A program made the translations under genes and the position numbers. Shown one piece after another: positions 20,073 through 32,683 of a DNA stretch of 64,000 bases; position 1 is the first letter of the stretch; the number at the start of each line of letters is the position of its first letter. Location: the NCBI GenBank assembly GCA_963796965.1, contig CAWCNS010000005.1:1188592-1252591 (forward strand), given 5' to 3'. Origin of the DNA: Calditrichia bacterium. GTDB lineage: Bacteria > Calditrichota > Calditrichia > JAJRVZ01. The notes below the pieces were generated by a model. It was given only the letters and a program-made list of their open reading frames with translations, was not told where the DNA came from and did not search any database.

Positions 20073-20130
20073 TTAGCCGGTTAACTTTGTGAATTTCTGA
20101 GGCAGAGAGGCAATGGATTATAAGAAAAAC

Positions 20131-20159
20131 ATCCCTTTAACCCCCTTTCTAAGGGGGAA
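20131..20159. repeat. REP-like palindrome, same family as 5564-5651
   Basis: ATCCCTTTAACCCCCTTTCTAAGGGGGAA. Confidence 0.65.
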
Positions 20160-20246
20160 TTAAATTTTGCTTTACAATAAATAAGGGTTTTTAAGGTCAA
20201 TTATTTAACATTAATGATCGAACTATATGTCCCTATTTTATCGGGA

Positions 20247-20418
20247 TATGAAAAAATGAAAAATAGGATTAAAAGATAAACCACAGAGACCACTGAGGGG
20301 AGATGATAAGAAATAGCATTAACATAAATAATATTAATAATCCACTCTGTGTCCTCTGCCTGCCCCGTAAAGTCTGACGGAGTCAGATTAGTACGGGGTG
20401 GTTATTTTTTACACAACC
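20247..20418 (-). mobile_element. Truncated MITE copy in reverse orientation, with a nested palindrome at 20358-20398
   Basis: The reverse complement matches 58250-58544 and 44418-44546 (TATGAAAAAATGAAAAA.AGGATTAAAAGAT ... TGGTTATTTTTTACACAACC). One terminal repeat is lost. Confidence 0.75.
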
Positions 20419-20446
20419 CAGATGAACTAAAGGAGTAAATAATGAA

Positions 20447-21409
20447 ATGAAGGATAATATGAAAAAAATTGGAATTATAGGATGTGGCACGGTCGTACAA
20501 AAAAATTATATCCGCCTATTTCCAAAATTAAGCGGCATTGACATCCAATTTGTGAATGATGTGAATGAAAAGAATGCGAAAATTGTGGCAAACCTCTTAA
20601 ATGCCAGGGTTGGTTCGGTTAGTGAGGTGTTGGAGAACTCTGATTATGTTTTAATTGCCACGCCACCCCGGTTTCACGCTGAGTTTGTTGAACAGGCCAT
20701 CAGTTACGGCGTGGATATAATATGCGAAAAACCATTTGTAACAAAAAAAACTGATGCAGAAGAATTGGTAAAAAAGGCAGAGAAAAAAAATGTAAACCTA
20801 TATGTCGCTCATTTCAGACGCGGCTACCCTTCTGCACAATTAGCACGGCACTTGATTAGTACTGGGATCATTGGCCGAGTAACCGAGCTCTTAATCGTAG
20901 AAGGCGGACGATTTAATTGGCAAACAAAATCTGATTATGTGCGTCAGGATGCCTATGGTGGCGTTCTTTTCGACACCGGTTCCCATACCATTGATTTAGC
21001 ATTATATTCCAGTGGACTCGATCTGGATGATTTCCAGGTTCAGATTTCCGGTGTTTCTAAAGACAATCCTGAACCTTCGCATGAAGTTAAAGCACATTTT
21101 TCCTTAGAAAATGAAACTGAAAGGATTAACGGTCAATTATTTCTTAGTCGTCGTCAGATCCTGGCCAATAAAATCACCATATCCGGGGATAAAGGAAAGA
21201 TTGAACTGTCTGCTGCTTATCAGACGAAAGTGCGTCTTAGCGGGGAAAATGGTTCGACTCTGATATATGCTGAAAAGGAATACAGGGACGGCGCAGATTG
21301 TATGGCTATGCTCTATCACCAAATCTTTAATAATGGAGACGACGATATCTATAAAGCTAACAGAGCAATCACACTCACCTCAATAATGGAAGAAGTACAA
21401 AAAAAATAG
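20447..21409 (+). CDS. Gfo/Idh/MocA oxidoreductase
   Basis: IGIIGCG, IATPP..H, ICEKP and GGVLFDTGSHTID motifs. The start may be 20459. Confidence 0.9.
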   Translation: MKDNMKKIGIIGCGTVVQKNYIRLFPKLSGIDIQFVNDVNEKNAKIVANLLNARVGSVSEVLENSDYVLIATPPRFHAEFVEQAISYGVDIICEKPFVTKKTDAEELVKKAEKKNVNLYVAHFRRGYPSAQLARHLISTGIIGRVTELLIVEGGRFNWQTKSDYVRQDAYGGVLFDTGSHTIDLALYSSGLDLDDFQVQISGVSKDNPEPSHEVKAHFSLENETERINGQLFLSRRQILANKITISGDKGKIELSAAYQTKVRLSGENGSTLIYAEKEYRDGADCMAMLYHQIFNNGDDDIYKANRAITLTSIMEEVQKK

Positions 21410-21421
21410 GATAAAAGTATA

Positions 21422-22513
21422 ATGGCACGAATTTTAATAATCGGTGCAGCAGGCTATGTGGGACAGGAGATATTAAAGAGTCTCCTGGAAGAGAATCACC
21501 ATATTTCAGCTATTACCAATGCAAATGGTCAAATTCTTCTGGATAAATATGAAATAGATCTTTATGATTCCGGGAATTTCCGTGAAATAAAAGATATAGA
21601 TATCATCATAAATTTGGCCTATCCCAAAGGTGTATCCCCAAAGATTGAGATGAAAAAAAACAATGAACTTTTCGAAATGATATCTCATACCATTGGCGAT
21701 AATACAAGGATCATTCATGTCAGCACACAGGCCGTGTTTGGATATGAGCTGGAGGTCTCACCCCAACCAGCCCTTGTTAAATCACGGCTAGATCACGGCT
21801 ATGTAACCTCAAAAATATATTTGGAAAATAAATTGATTGATGCTCTAAAGAAGAAGGAATTACATATCGTACGTCTTGGCAATGTTTGGGGCCCTGCTTC
21901 GCCCCTGTGGACGTTTAACTTAGTAAATAGAGTACTTCTTGGAGATGTGGTTGGCGTGAAAGGAATAGATGGCTATTGCAATTTGACAGATGTGGCCAAT
22001 GTCGCTTCTTATATTCGTTACCTGATCAGCTATGATACTTCTAAGAAACTTACTTTTCATCATTTGGCCGAGTTTAGCGATATAAAATGGTCACACTGGT
22101 TGGAATTGATTGGTAATAAATTACAATTGGATCCATTTTACATTGACTATGCACCTCCTCCAAGCAAATCAATTGGGAAAGAAGTCCTGTCAGCCATATC
22201 GGCCGCTTCACCAATGGCTATCGGAAAAACACTCGTCAGGAGCCACTATTCAGGATCATTTATCAGAGGCGTATTAGCTCGCTCACCTGGCGGATTGGTT
22301 GACTATCTGGAAAAAATGAGTATCAAAATGAATTTTTTCCCAAATTATTACAATGTCGGCTTGATTGATACATTTCTAAAGTTGATGAGTTGTACAAAGC
22401 AGTTTGAATCTGTCACGGTAGGTAATTGGGTGCCGGAAATAGATAAAGATTTATCCTGGTCACGTGTAGAAAAATGGATCGATCATGCCGGATATATGGG
22501 GGTAAAATTATAA
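21422..22513 (+). CDS. NAD-dependent epimerase/dehydratase
   Basis: ILIIGAAGYVG, HVSTQAVFG, YVTSK and VRLGNVWGP motifs. Confidence 0.85.
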   Translation: MARILIIGAAGYVGQEILKSLLEENHHISAITNANGQILLDKYEIDLYDSGNFREIKDIDIIINLAYPKGVSPKIEMKKNNELFEMISHTIGDNTRIIHVSTQAVFGYELEVSPQPALVKSRLDHGYVTSKIYLENKLIDALKKKELHIVRLGNVWGPASPLWTFNLVNRVLLGDVVGVKGIDGYCNLTDVANVASYIRYLISYDTSKKLTFHHLAEFSDIKWSHWLELIGNKLQLDPFYIDYAPPPSKSIGKEVLSAISAASPMAIGKTLVRSHYSGSFIRGVLARSPGGLVDYLEKMSIKMNFFPNYYNVGLIDTFLKLMSCTKQFESVTVGNWVPEIDKDLSWSRVEKWIDHAGYMGVKL

Positions 22514-22518
22514 GAATT

Positions 22519-23439
22519 TTACTTCTCTATTATTTTTTTCTTTCTATGGAATAAATACAATCCTGCAATAAGTCCCCGGGAGCGGGTTACAGATTGCATA
22601 TTGATAAGTGCTTCTAAAATCAAACCAATACAGGAAAGAAAATGCGGTAATGGTTTAAATCCATAAGCCTCCTTATGTTTTCGATAGAGATAGCGATGAT
22701 TAAACGAGCGAATGCGTCCCCTTTTGTATATGGAGAGTCTTGTCCCGGGTGCCGTTGCACGGTTATGAAAGGCTTTTGCTGCAGTAGAATAGAGAATTCT
22801 ATATTTGCGTCGTAGCTGTAAGGAAAAATCTTCATCTTCTAATGAGGCATATCCCTCCAGATATTGAAAATTCGTATCGAACTTGTAATCCTTGAATATA
22901 TCACGATGATAGAGAGAGGAACAGCCAATCGCCACACCAACTTCCACGGGACCCGTTAAACTGGGATGATTTACATTATAATCTCCCGACTTTTTAAATC
23001 CGGCAATACACGACTCCGACAAATAAAACAACCTCTGAAATAAGACCAATAACGGATTGACTTTTACCTTTCGACCATGATTAATAATTCCGCCTGTAAA
23101 AACGTGATAGCCTTTATTTTCTTCTAGCACCTTAAATGCCGTCTCAATATAATCCGGTTCTAAAACTACATCATCATCTAAAAACAGGATCCACTCAGAT
23201 TTACTATACTCCAGGCCCAGGTTTCTTTGATAGGGAAGGCCCTTTTCGGAAGGAATATACTTGATATTAATACCTAAATCTTTTTCCTGTAGAATAACCT
23301 CGAGATCATTCGTCTCGCTGGCATCGACAATAATAATCATATTGGGTTTAATTGTCTGCTTCGCAATACTGTAAAGGCAATCGAGGATACCTTCCACCCT
23401 GTTTATCGTGGGAATTAATATATCGAGTGTATTATTCAT
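22519..23439 (-). CDS. Glycosyltransferase family 2
   Basis: ILIPTINR, QRNLG, LFLDDD and EDEDFS motifs. Confidence 0.9.
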   Translation of the reverse strand: MNNTLDILIPTINRVEGILDCLYSIAKQTIKPNMIIIVDASETNDLEVILQEKDLGINIKYIPSEKGLPYQRNLGLEYSKSEWILFLDDDVVLEPDYIETAFKVLEENKGYHVFTGGIINHGRKVKVNPLLVLFQRLFYLSESCIAGFKKSGDYNVNHPSLTGPVEVGVAIGCSSLYHRDIFKDYKFDTNFQYLEGYASLEDEDFSLQLRRKYRILYSTAAKAFHNRATAPGTRLSIYKRGRIRSFNHRYLYRKHKEAYGFKPLPHFLSCIGLILEALINMQSVTRSRGLIAGLYLFHRKKKIIEK

Positions 23440-23489
23440 TTTTCTCTTTAGTTATAAATATGAAAAGATTAAACTCCATCAGAAAAGTC

Positions 23490-24413
23490 TCATTTCTCAA
23501 TAGGTGAATCACCGTGTTTATAAGCAGGATGGGAATAGTCAGACAAATCAATTGGGAGAATTGGAACTTCCATTTTTAAATTATTTAAATCATTCATTGC
23601 TTTTTTATCAGAACTCGTAAAAAAGACCCTTTTGTTAGGGAATAAATCATTATACTTACGATCAGGTTTGACACTTCCCGGACATATCATCTCAAAAGTA
23701 ATTAGATTTAACCCAAATTTATCTAAAATATGAGATAAGGATCGTTCGGACCAATAGGCGACATGATTTCTCAGGCTCATATACCCGATAGTTTGACCAT
23801 CTTCAATACGACCACCTGGGAATAAGTTCGTCGTGCCACAAAATATCCCATTGGTACCCAAACTATTCACTATGTCCTTAATAGACTCCATGGGACGATT
23901 AAAATGTTCAATCACCTCACAAGCAACAATAACATCATATTTTTTATTTGTTTCCATAAGTTTATGAACGTGAAAAAAACGCTCCTTGCCATATTCTTTC
24001 TGTCTATATTCTATTACAGATTCCGACACATCACAACCATACACATCAAAACCTTCTGAAAGTAAGACTGGAAAAGCGAGAGTACTTCCAACACCATACA
24101 AAAGGAAAGATTCTTTGTGCAACTCTCTATATAAAAAACGAACCAAATAGTCTTCTCGCTCTCCTCCAGAATCCGCTGATCCCCATGAGCCACTCATGCC
24201 GGCTCCTATATTAGCAACAAACGCTGGAAAATCACCCGTATAAATAAAACCACATGAACCACACTCTACAAAGTGTCTCTTATATGCAATTCTTTTTTTA
24301 ACCTCCCCTAAACAAATACGACATTTTGGCTTTACTATTGAGGTACGATACTCCCACATCCACTTTTGTAAACGCATTAAAACACTTTTTATAATTTTAG
24401 TTAAATAATTCAT
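23490..24413 (-). CDS. Class I SAM-dependent methyltransferase with N-terminal CxxC...CxxC
   Basis: CRIC/CGSC, LLYGVGS, YGCDVS and YDVIVACEVIEH. Start taken at MNYLTK. Confidence 0.8.
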   Translation of the reverse strand: MNYLTKIIKSVLMRLQKWMWEYRTSIVKPKCRICLGEVKKRIAYKRHFVECGSCGFIYTGDFPAFVANIGAGMSGSWGSADSGGEREDYLVRFLYRELHKESFLLYGVGSTLAFPVLLSEGFDVYGCDVSESVIEYRQKEYGKERFFHVHKLMETNKKYDVIVACEVIEHFNRPMESIKDIVNSLGTNGIFCGTTNLFPGGRIEDGQTIGYMSLRNHVAYWSERSLSHILDKFGLNLITFEMICPGSVKPDRKYNDLFPNKRVFFTSSDKKAMNDLNNLKMEVPILPIDLSDYSHPAYKHGDSPIEK

Positions 24414-24456
24414 AGACAGATAAGGAATTCGTTTAGAAATAGTTTTAGTTAACAGG

Positions 24457-25386
24457 TTATTCTGAGCGCCTCTCATAATTTTCAACAGCCTCATCCAGCA
24501 TGGCTTTGCTCATCCCTGGCATAGCTGTATTTGAATAGAGATAAAATGAGTATTGCCCGGCAAAGAAGCTTAACCGAACCCATAGTTTAAATATTATATA
24601 AATTTGGGTCCAAATAAAAAATATAAGAACCATAAAACCACTGGATACATTAAAAGCACTCTCAATCACCCAATAGGTTGCCAAAATTAATATGGCTGTA
24701 AATAAATATAATGTATATAAACTTACTGTTTTTATGAGGCTCATCATGATAAACATCATCGCCACCTTCACCGTCTCCATCATTTTATGGTAATCATTTG
24801 CCACCGTCATGATCTTCGCATAATCAAATAACATACTAATAAAGGCAAGCATTACCATGAGTATTAGAATCCTTACTATAAATAATATTAGACTTAGATG
24901 CTCGGTAGCAGCGCCTTCAGTAAAATACCCGAATAATTTCGAAAGTGACATAAATATCAGGGCTGCGGTGATTAGAAATACAATAGAGATTAGAAATAAT
25001 TTTATAAATCTTTTAAAGTACAAGACACAATCTGACAAAAATTCAGATAATTTAAATTCTTGATTTTTTATAAATGCCGCTAAAATACCACCTGATAAAA
25101 ATACATTTAGAATCAAATAGAACAGACCCATCGTGATCAAAACACGACTTAAACTAAATCCCTTTCCAAATCCGTCCATTATAGAGGTATAGAGAGCATA
25201 ATCGAAAGATTCCAACATTTTATCTGCTGCTGTGGTTTTAGCAAGTGCATTAGATAACATCATCGAAACAGGCAGAGCAAGAATATAGGAAAAAATAAAA
25301 TTAATCCCATAGACCAGGAACAGCATTTTCTTATCTTTCCAAACCAGGGCTATACCATTTTTATATGCTGTAAAAATGCTTATCAT
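24457..25386 (-). CDS. Multi-pass membrane protein of unknown function
   Basis: Several hydrophobic helices; GGAGG RBS before the ATG at 25386. Confidence 0.75.
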   Translation of the reverse strand: MISIFTAYKNGIALVWKDKKMLFLVYGINFIFSYILALPVSMMLSNALAKTTAADKMLESFDYALYTSIMDGFGKGFSLSRVLITMGLFYLILNVFLSGGILAAFIKNQEFKLSEFLSDCVLYFKRFIKLFLISIVFLITAALIFMSLSKLFGYFTEGAATEHLSLILFIVRILILMVMLAFISMLFDYAKIMTVANDYHKMMETVKVAMMFIMMSLIKTVSLYTLYLFTAILILATYWVIESAFNVSSGFMVLIFFIWTQIYIIFKLWVRLSFFAGQYSFYLYSNTAMPGMSKAMLDEAVENYERRSE

Positions 25387-25571
25387 TTTGCCTCCACTCA
25401 GTATTCTATTATCTAAGATCAACAAAAGAAATCTGTATTATAATATATATTATTCCTTTATCTTTTTAAATCCAATACAATCATCCTTATATGTAAATTG
25501 GAAATAGATCTAATTATCGAAGTGCTAGAAACTACTCTGCGTCTCTGCGAGAGATAATTATTTTCATAAAA

Positions 25572-27584
25572 TCAACTAAATATTGCAACAAATTGCAGAA
25601 AGTTCTGCATCCAAAATAACCAGCGTGTAGAATATTTAAGTGAAGCAGACCGATTAGAGCGGATAGTTTTACCGTTGTTTAAAAAATTAACATCCAGCCA
25701 AACTTTTCTCTCCGGGTCCACTTCAGCGGATACTACCGGGCTATTTTTATTATACTTGTAGACAATATATCTTTCATTCCCATTCCACTTCTCGAGGATC
25801 TCTTCACCATTCTTAAACTTTATTAAAATTTCTACCGGAAAAACGACCTCACCTTCTCTTGCGACGATAATCTTATTTTCATATACGTCTGTTTCGTCAT
25901 CTGATTGCTTTTCAATTGTAGAATCAGAGGGTGAAGGGTCTCCCCTCTCATCAGTATTTGAACTTTCAAGAGGATTTCCAAAAATACCTTTATTGCCATC
26001 ATTTAATTTCTTATAAGATATTTTATCAATTTTATAATCAAGTACATTGGTACCATACAAAACCTGATCAAAATACCAATTATAATTTTCACCGGTTATA
26101 TCATTGACTGTTTTTATAAAATCGCGAGATGTGGGATGTTTAAATTTAAAGCGATTATAATATTCGCGCATCACGCTTTTCATCTTTTCCGTACCAATAT
26201 ATCCCTGCAAAGTCATCAGCATTAATGCAGGTTTATCATAGGAAAAAGAACCATACCCCCCTCGATAATACTCCCATGAATTCTTATAAATGGCATCATG
26301 TTTCGCCACCCGGCGATAGCCAGACCACTGAAAATGTGAATCGTCAATATTAAGCCCCAGAAAACTAATGGCAGAACCTCCGTTTTGACCATAATATTGA
26401 TCCATGATTTTAATTTCCGAATAGGTGGTTATGCCCTCATCAAGCCAGGCCTCTTCAAATTCATTACTACCTAGAATTCCGTACCAGTAATTATGGCCAA
26501 ACTCATGAATAGTAACCAATTCCGGAAGGCGGATACCATCAGGCAACATCCAAAATGAACCGCTGGTAATTAATGTTGGATATTCCATCCCCCCTGCCCC
26601 AAACGCCCTGTAGCGTGGATCAACGATCGTTAATGTAGGATAGGGATATGGTCCATACCAGTCATCAAAAAATTCGAGGGCAATCTTGGCCGCACCAATA
26701 TGCCTTTCAACCTGCGTATGACGACCCGAATGAGCGAGAAATTTAATATTCACATGCCGCCACTGATCCTCAATGACAATATAATTTGGATCAGCAGTCC
26801 AGGCAAAATCATGGACATCTTCACAATAATAGGTGAGACTTTTTGTATTATCCGGATTCCTCTTCTCGTCAAGTAATGTGCCCGTCGCCCCGACGACATA
26901 ATTATCAGGCAAGGTGATACTCACTTCATAAACACCGTAATCTGCAAAAAATTCACTATTCAGGTGAAATTGGTGGCAATTCCACTGGCCTTCCACAGCA
27001 TAACGGTCACCCGTGCCCTCATAAACACCAATCTTTGGAAACCATTGTCCAACCATAAAAAAATCACCTTTATATCCGGTTCGTGCAAATACTTCCGGTA
27101 AACGGGCGGTAAACTCAATATTTAGACATATCTCCTCGCCCGGTTTTACCGGATCATCCAGAAGAATCCGCAAGACGGTTTGGTCATCGGGATTTCCATC
27201 ATCTGGTTGGATATATTCCATATTGCCTGTTAAATCAACCTCATCATTTAGAATCATCTCGGTAACTTCAATCCACCCCCAACCATCCACTTCATCCAAA
27301 GACTGACCGCGATGGCTACCCCCAGATTCCTTCATAAAAGTAGATAATTCATTTTTAAACGCATTGAGGTAGAGATGAAATTGAAGATCCTGAATATAAT
27401 CTTTGGAGGTATTTCGCCAACGTAATACTTCTGATCCCTGTAATTTTTTGCCCTCTGGATCAAGAGAGACATTAATTTGATAATTGGCTATTCTCGGGCT
27501 GAGCGGTTCTGCGAACATGGGTTTTTGTGTATACCCGGATTGCGCTATAAACATGAGGATACTTAGAGCGATTGTAGTTTTCAT
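25572..27584 (-). CDS. M1 family metallopeptidase, exported
   Basis: Signal peptide, GGMEYP exopeptidase motif and HEFGH-x18-E zinc motif. Confidence 0.92.
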   Translation of the reverse strand: MKTTIALSILMFIAQSGYTQKPMFAEPLSPRIANYQINVSLDPEGKKLQGSEVLRWRNTSKDYIQDLQFHLYLNAFKNELSTFMKESGGSHRGQSLDEVDGWGWIEVTEMILNDEVDLTGNMEYIQPDDGNPDDQTVLRILLDDPVKPGEEICLNIEFTARLPEVFARTGYKGDFFMVGQWFPKIGVYEGTGDRYAVEGQWNCHQFHLNSEFFADYGVYEVSITLPDNYVVGATGTLLDEKRNPDNTKSLTYYCEDVHDFAWTADPNYIVIEDQWRHVNIKFLAHSGRHTQVERHIGAAKIALEFFDDWYGPYPYPTLTIVDPRYRAFGAGGMEYPTLITSGSFWMLPDGIRLPELVTIHEFGHNYWYGILGSNEFEEAWLDEGITTYSEIKIMDQYYGQNGGSAISFLGLNIDDSHFQWSGYRRVAKHDAIYKNSWEYYRGGYGSFSYDKPALMLMTLQGYIGTEKMKSVMREYYNRFKFKHPTSRDFIKTVNDITGENYNWYFDQVLYGTNVLDYKIDKISYKKLNDGNKGIFGNPLESSNTDERGDPSPSDSTIEKQSDDETDVYENKIIVAREGEVVFPVEILIKFKNGEEILEKWNGNERYIVYKYNKNSPVVSAEVDPERKVWLDVNFLNNGKTIRSNRSASLKYSTRWLFWMQNFLQFVAIFS

Positions 27585-27818
27585 AATAATTCCATCTCAT
27601 AATTAATTTTGACAGGCATGGATATCGACATCCATTGTTTAATTTAAGCAGCAGGAGAAATTATTACAACCATTGCTCTGGTAACATTATTAATCTAATA
27701 TTCAGGGAAGATCCAAGGAGGTGGGACAAAATCGTGGCAAAAACAATAGAGACATCCCGTCGGTTGAAAATCCCTTTTTCGGGAGACGTCTCAGCAATAA
27801 TTAATAAATTTTTATAAA

Positions 27819-27848
27819 AACAAAGGGGAGCTGCAGCTCCCCTTTGTT
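27819..27848 (-). terminator. Rho-independent terminator of dnaK
   Basis: Perfect palindrome AACAAAGGGGAGCTGCAGCTCCCCTTTGTT just after the dnaK stop, with a T-rich tail on the minus strand. Confidence 0.8.
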
Positions 27849-27855
27849 CGTTTAC

Positions 27856-29824
<1,969 letters not shown>

Positions 29825-29854
29825 TTAATTTCATTTTTATCTCAACACTTTTAT

Positions 29855-29870
29855 TACAATGTTCGTGCCA
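29855..29870 (-). promoter_or_regulatory. Sigma54-like -24/-12 element upstream of dnaK
   Basis: Minus strand reads TGGCACGAACATTGTA against consensus TGGCACG-N4-TTGCW; the -12 C is a T. Confidence 0.55.
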
Positions 29871-29974
29871 AACAAAACAACACGACCTAAGTACATGTTA
29901 ATTATATACTTAGAACTTATTCCTATCAATATATAGATACGACATGTTGTCATACTTATGAATCTTTGGCATAA

Positions 29975-30001
29975 AAAAACCCGGTCAGAGACCGGGTTTT
30001 T
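29975..30001 (-). terminator. Rho-independent terminator of degP
   Basis: AAAAACCCGGTC-AGA-GACCGGGTTTTT. Confidence 0.85.
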
Positions 30002-30016
30002 GAACAAATTTTATGA

Positions 30017-31537
30017 CTAAGGCAATTTTAGAAAAACCAGACGATCTGAGGTGCTTCCATTGGAAAATCTGGTTCTGGTCTGGATTTTTAATATTGAACC
30101 GGAATCCCTATCCTCTACGTAACTGTTAAAATCAGATACAGATGATATCTCTTTGCCATCAACCTCGTAGATCACATCGCCTCTTCGTAGTCCTTCCCTT
30201 GCAGCCGGGCTGTTTCCGTCCACAGCCTGAATCAGAATACCATTATTGAGATCAAATTGATTAAGATCCTCAGAAGATAGATCCCGTACTCTTATACCAA
30301 GCGATTGCAGTTTTTCTTCTTTCGGTTCTTCCTGACTATCACCACCTGAAGCAATCTGATCATCACGGGCTTCGAGTACTATTTCATAGTTAACTTCCCG
30401 GCCATCTCGCCATAGCGTTATAGCTATTTCATCACCTGGATTAAAAGAACCTACCTTTGCCTGCAATTGATTAGGCTGATTTACGTCCTGACCCTCGACA
30501 CGTAATATAACATCTCCTGCTTTAATACCTGCCTTATCAGCTGCTTTTCCTTGCAGAACACTGCTAATAAATACACCGCGCGGTTTGTCAAGCCCAACAC
30601 CTTCGGCCCGAACTGGTGTCATTGGTTCAATTTGTACACCAATATAACCACGTCTGACTTCGCCAAATTTGATAAAATCATCCATTACGGTTTTAGCGAT
30701 ATTGATTGGAACCGCAAATCCATAGCCAATATAGGTACCCGTTTCTGTTTTTATAGCCGTATTAATGCCAATTACTTCCCCCTGGGCATCAACCAAAGCA
30801 CCACCACTATTTCCCGGATTTATGGCAGCGTCTGTCTGGATAAAATTTTCAATAGCATAGCCGCCTCTACCAATTATATTTATATTCCTACTCAGAGCAC
30901 TAACGATACCAGCAGTGACACTAAAATTAAGTTCCAAGGGACTGCCAATGGCCAGCACCCATTCACCCACTTCTATCTGATCAGAATTACCTAATATAGC
31001 CCGGGTTAAACCCTTTTTATCTATTTTAATCAATGCCACTTCAGTTTCCGGGTCCGTACCGATGACCTCTGCCGGATATTCCTGTGAATCAAACATCAAT
31101 ACACGTAATTCATCCACATCTTTAATCACATGATGATTTGTTAATATATAGCCATCCTCACTGACGATGATCCCAGAGCCCAAACCGGTCTGAGGAACTT
31201 CTCTTTCTCCTCCCTCAGGAACATCTTCATATCCGAAACCACGAAAAAACCTATGCCAGGGATTCGCCGGTACTTTTACGTTTTTAGTAGTATATATGGT
31301 AACAATGGCCGGACGCACTTTTTTAACGACCTCTACAAATCCCTTTTGAGGGTTAAATGTGGTCGTAGCTGATAGTTGCCCGTCCTCTTTGCCTTCTTCA
31401 TAAATACGCTCTTCACTTTTCTGATCGGCTAGTGATTTAGAGTCCAGATTGAATCCGGTTGTTAATACAACACCAAAGATAACTCCAATAGTAATAAAGC
31501 CCAATATTACCGGTAGAGAATTTTTAAAATTTGCCAT
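30017..31537 (-). CDS. degP: Do/HtrA family serine endoprotease with two PDZ domains
   Basis: GLGSGII, LTNHHV, IQTDAAINPGNSGGAL and two PDZ-like repeats. Confidence 0.92.
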   Translation of the reverse strand: MANFKNSLPVILGFITIGVIFGVVLTTGFNLDSKSLADQKSEERIYEEGKEDGQLSATTTFNPQKGFVEVVKKVRPAIVTIYTTKNVKVPANPWHRFFRGFGYEDVPEGGEREVPQTGLGSGIIVSEDGYILTNHHVIKDVDELRVLMFDSQEYPAEVIGTDPETEVALIKIDKKGLTRAILGNSDQIEVGEWVLAIGSPLELNFSVTAGIVSALSRNINIIGRGGYAIENFIQTDAAINPGNSGGALVDAQGEVIGINTAIKTETGTYIGYGFAVPINIAKTVMDDFIKFGEVRRGYIGVQIEPMTPVRAEGVGLDKPRGVFISSVLQGKAADKAGIKAGDVILRVEGQDVNQPNQLQAKVGSFNPGDEIAITLWRDGREVNYEIVLEARDDQIASGGDSQEEPKEEKLQSLGIRVRDLSSEDLNQFDLNNGILIQAVDGNSPAAREGLRRGDVIYEVDGKEISSVSDFNSYVEDRDSGSILKIQTRTRFSNGSTSDRLVFLKLP

Positions 31538-31555
31538 AATTATAATCTCCCTAAT

Positions 31556-32239
31556 TTAATCATTTCCTCGAATAAGAATTAATCGAATTAATTGCAATAA
31601 TGCCATAGCTGTAGCCGCAACATAGGTAAGTGCAGCAGCATTTAAAACTTTTTTCGCCCCCCTAACTTCTTCATCTACCAGCATACCGTTTCCTCTTAAT
31701 TGCCCAAGAGCACGATGGCTGGCATTAAATTCTACTGGCAGAGTAACAAAATGGAATACAACAACCGCAGCGAATAAAATTATTCCCAGATCCATCAAAA
31801 AAGGTGTATTCATAAACATACCAATGAGAAACAAAGGAAATGCTGCCCATGATCCAATATTGGTTGCCGGTAATATTGTATGACGTATTTTTAATGGGAT
31901 ATATCCCGTATTATCTTGAATCGCATGACCGACCTCATGGGCGGCGACAGCAATAGCAGAAAGCGAGCGCCCCTTAAAATTATCTGTAGATAGACGCACA
32001 GTCCTGGAACGAGGATCGTAATGATCACTCAATTTTCCCTCAACAGATTCAACACCGACACCAATGACACCATTCTGATCAAGGATTGATTTGGCCGCCT
32101 GGGCACCGCTGATACCACTAGCCGCCGGTATCTTGGCGTATTTTTTATAAGTAGAAGAAACGCGCATTTGAGCCCAAATCGCGAGAATAATAGCCGGAAT
32201 TAAGAGGATCATCGTTGGATCCCACCAAACAAATGGCAT
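31556..32239 (-). CDS. YugP-like membrane zinc metallopeptidase
   Basis: LSDHYDP, AAHEVGHAIQ, TLPVEFNAS and AAALTYVAA motifs. Confidence 0.92.
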   Translation of the reverse strand: MPFVWWDPTMILLIPAIILAIWAQMRVSSTYKKYAKIPAASGISGAQAAKSILDQNGVIGVGVESVEGKLSDHYDPRSRTVRLSTDNFKGRSLSAIAVAAHEVGHAIQDNTGYIPLKIRHTILPATNIGSWAAFPLFLIGMFMNTPFLMDLGIILFAAVVVFHFVTLPVEFNASHRALGQLRGNGMLVDEEVRGAKKVLNAAALTYVAATAMALLQLIRLILIRGND

Positions 32240-32308
32240 CAGGGACTCCTTTCAATATATTATCTAATAATACGCTTTTAATTTAATATTGTTCACATGA
32301 CAATTATT

Positions 32309-32324
32309 AGCAATTTCCATGCCG
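32309..32324 (-). promoter_or_regulatory. Sigma54-like -24/-12 element upstream of the Zn-peptidase/degP operon
   Basis: Minus strand CGGCATGGAAATTGCT has exact GG-N10-GC spacing. Confidence 0.65.
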
Positions 32325-32643
32325 CATCATTTCACCTTATATCGAACATCTTAATAGGCTGTTTTATAGGCATTTATATAGTATTTCACTTTTATTGAGA
32401 TTAATGTCATTTTGACATATTGTCCGTTACTTTGTCAGGTTGATATGGTATATTTTCCGGAATCCGCCAAAATAGTATACGACCTCACGCTGTTTCATTA
32501 GGAATATTTACGTGAATTTGAGGTAAAAGTTTAAAGCAGGTTAGATAAAAAAAACGAATATTTAGTACTAAAGGTCAAATCTCAGGCATGCAGGCATTAA
32601 TGTAAATATTGACCAAGATGATTTTCAGGCAAGTTATATAAAT

Positions 32644-32681
32644 GCAAAAAAGGGGCAATTTAATAAAAATTGTCCCTTTGC
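32644..32681 (-). terminator. Terminator downstream of the tRNA remnant CCA end
   Basis: AAAGGGGCAATTT...AAATTGTCCCTTT hairpin, with a T-run on the minus strand. Confidence 0.6.
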
Positions 32682-32683
32682 TA

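Noticed and set aside
20430..20461. SD followed by an ATG-AAA-TGA minigene before the Gfo/Idh/MocA gene
   Set aside because: It could equally be an indel error or coincidence, and nothing independent supports it.
27744..27792. GAGACATCCCG...CGGGAGACGTCTC hairpin as a riboswitch or ncRNA
   Set aside because: It is a single imperfect REP-like palindrome with no recognisable RNA-family motifs.
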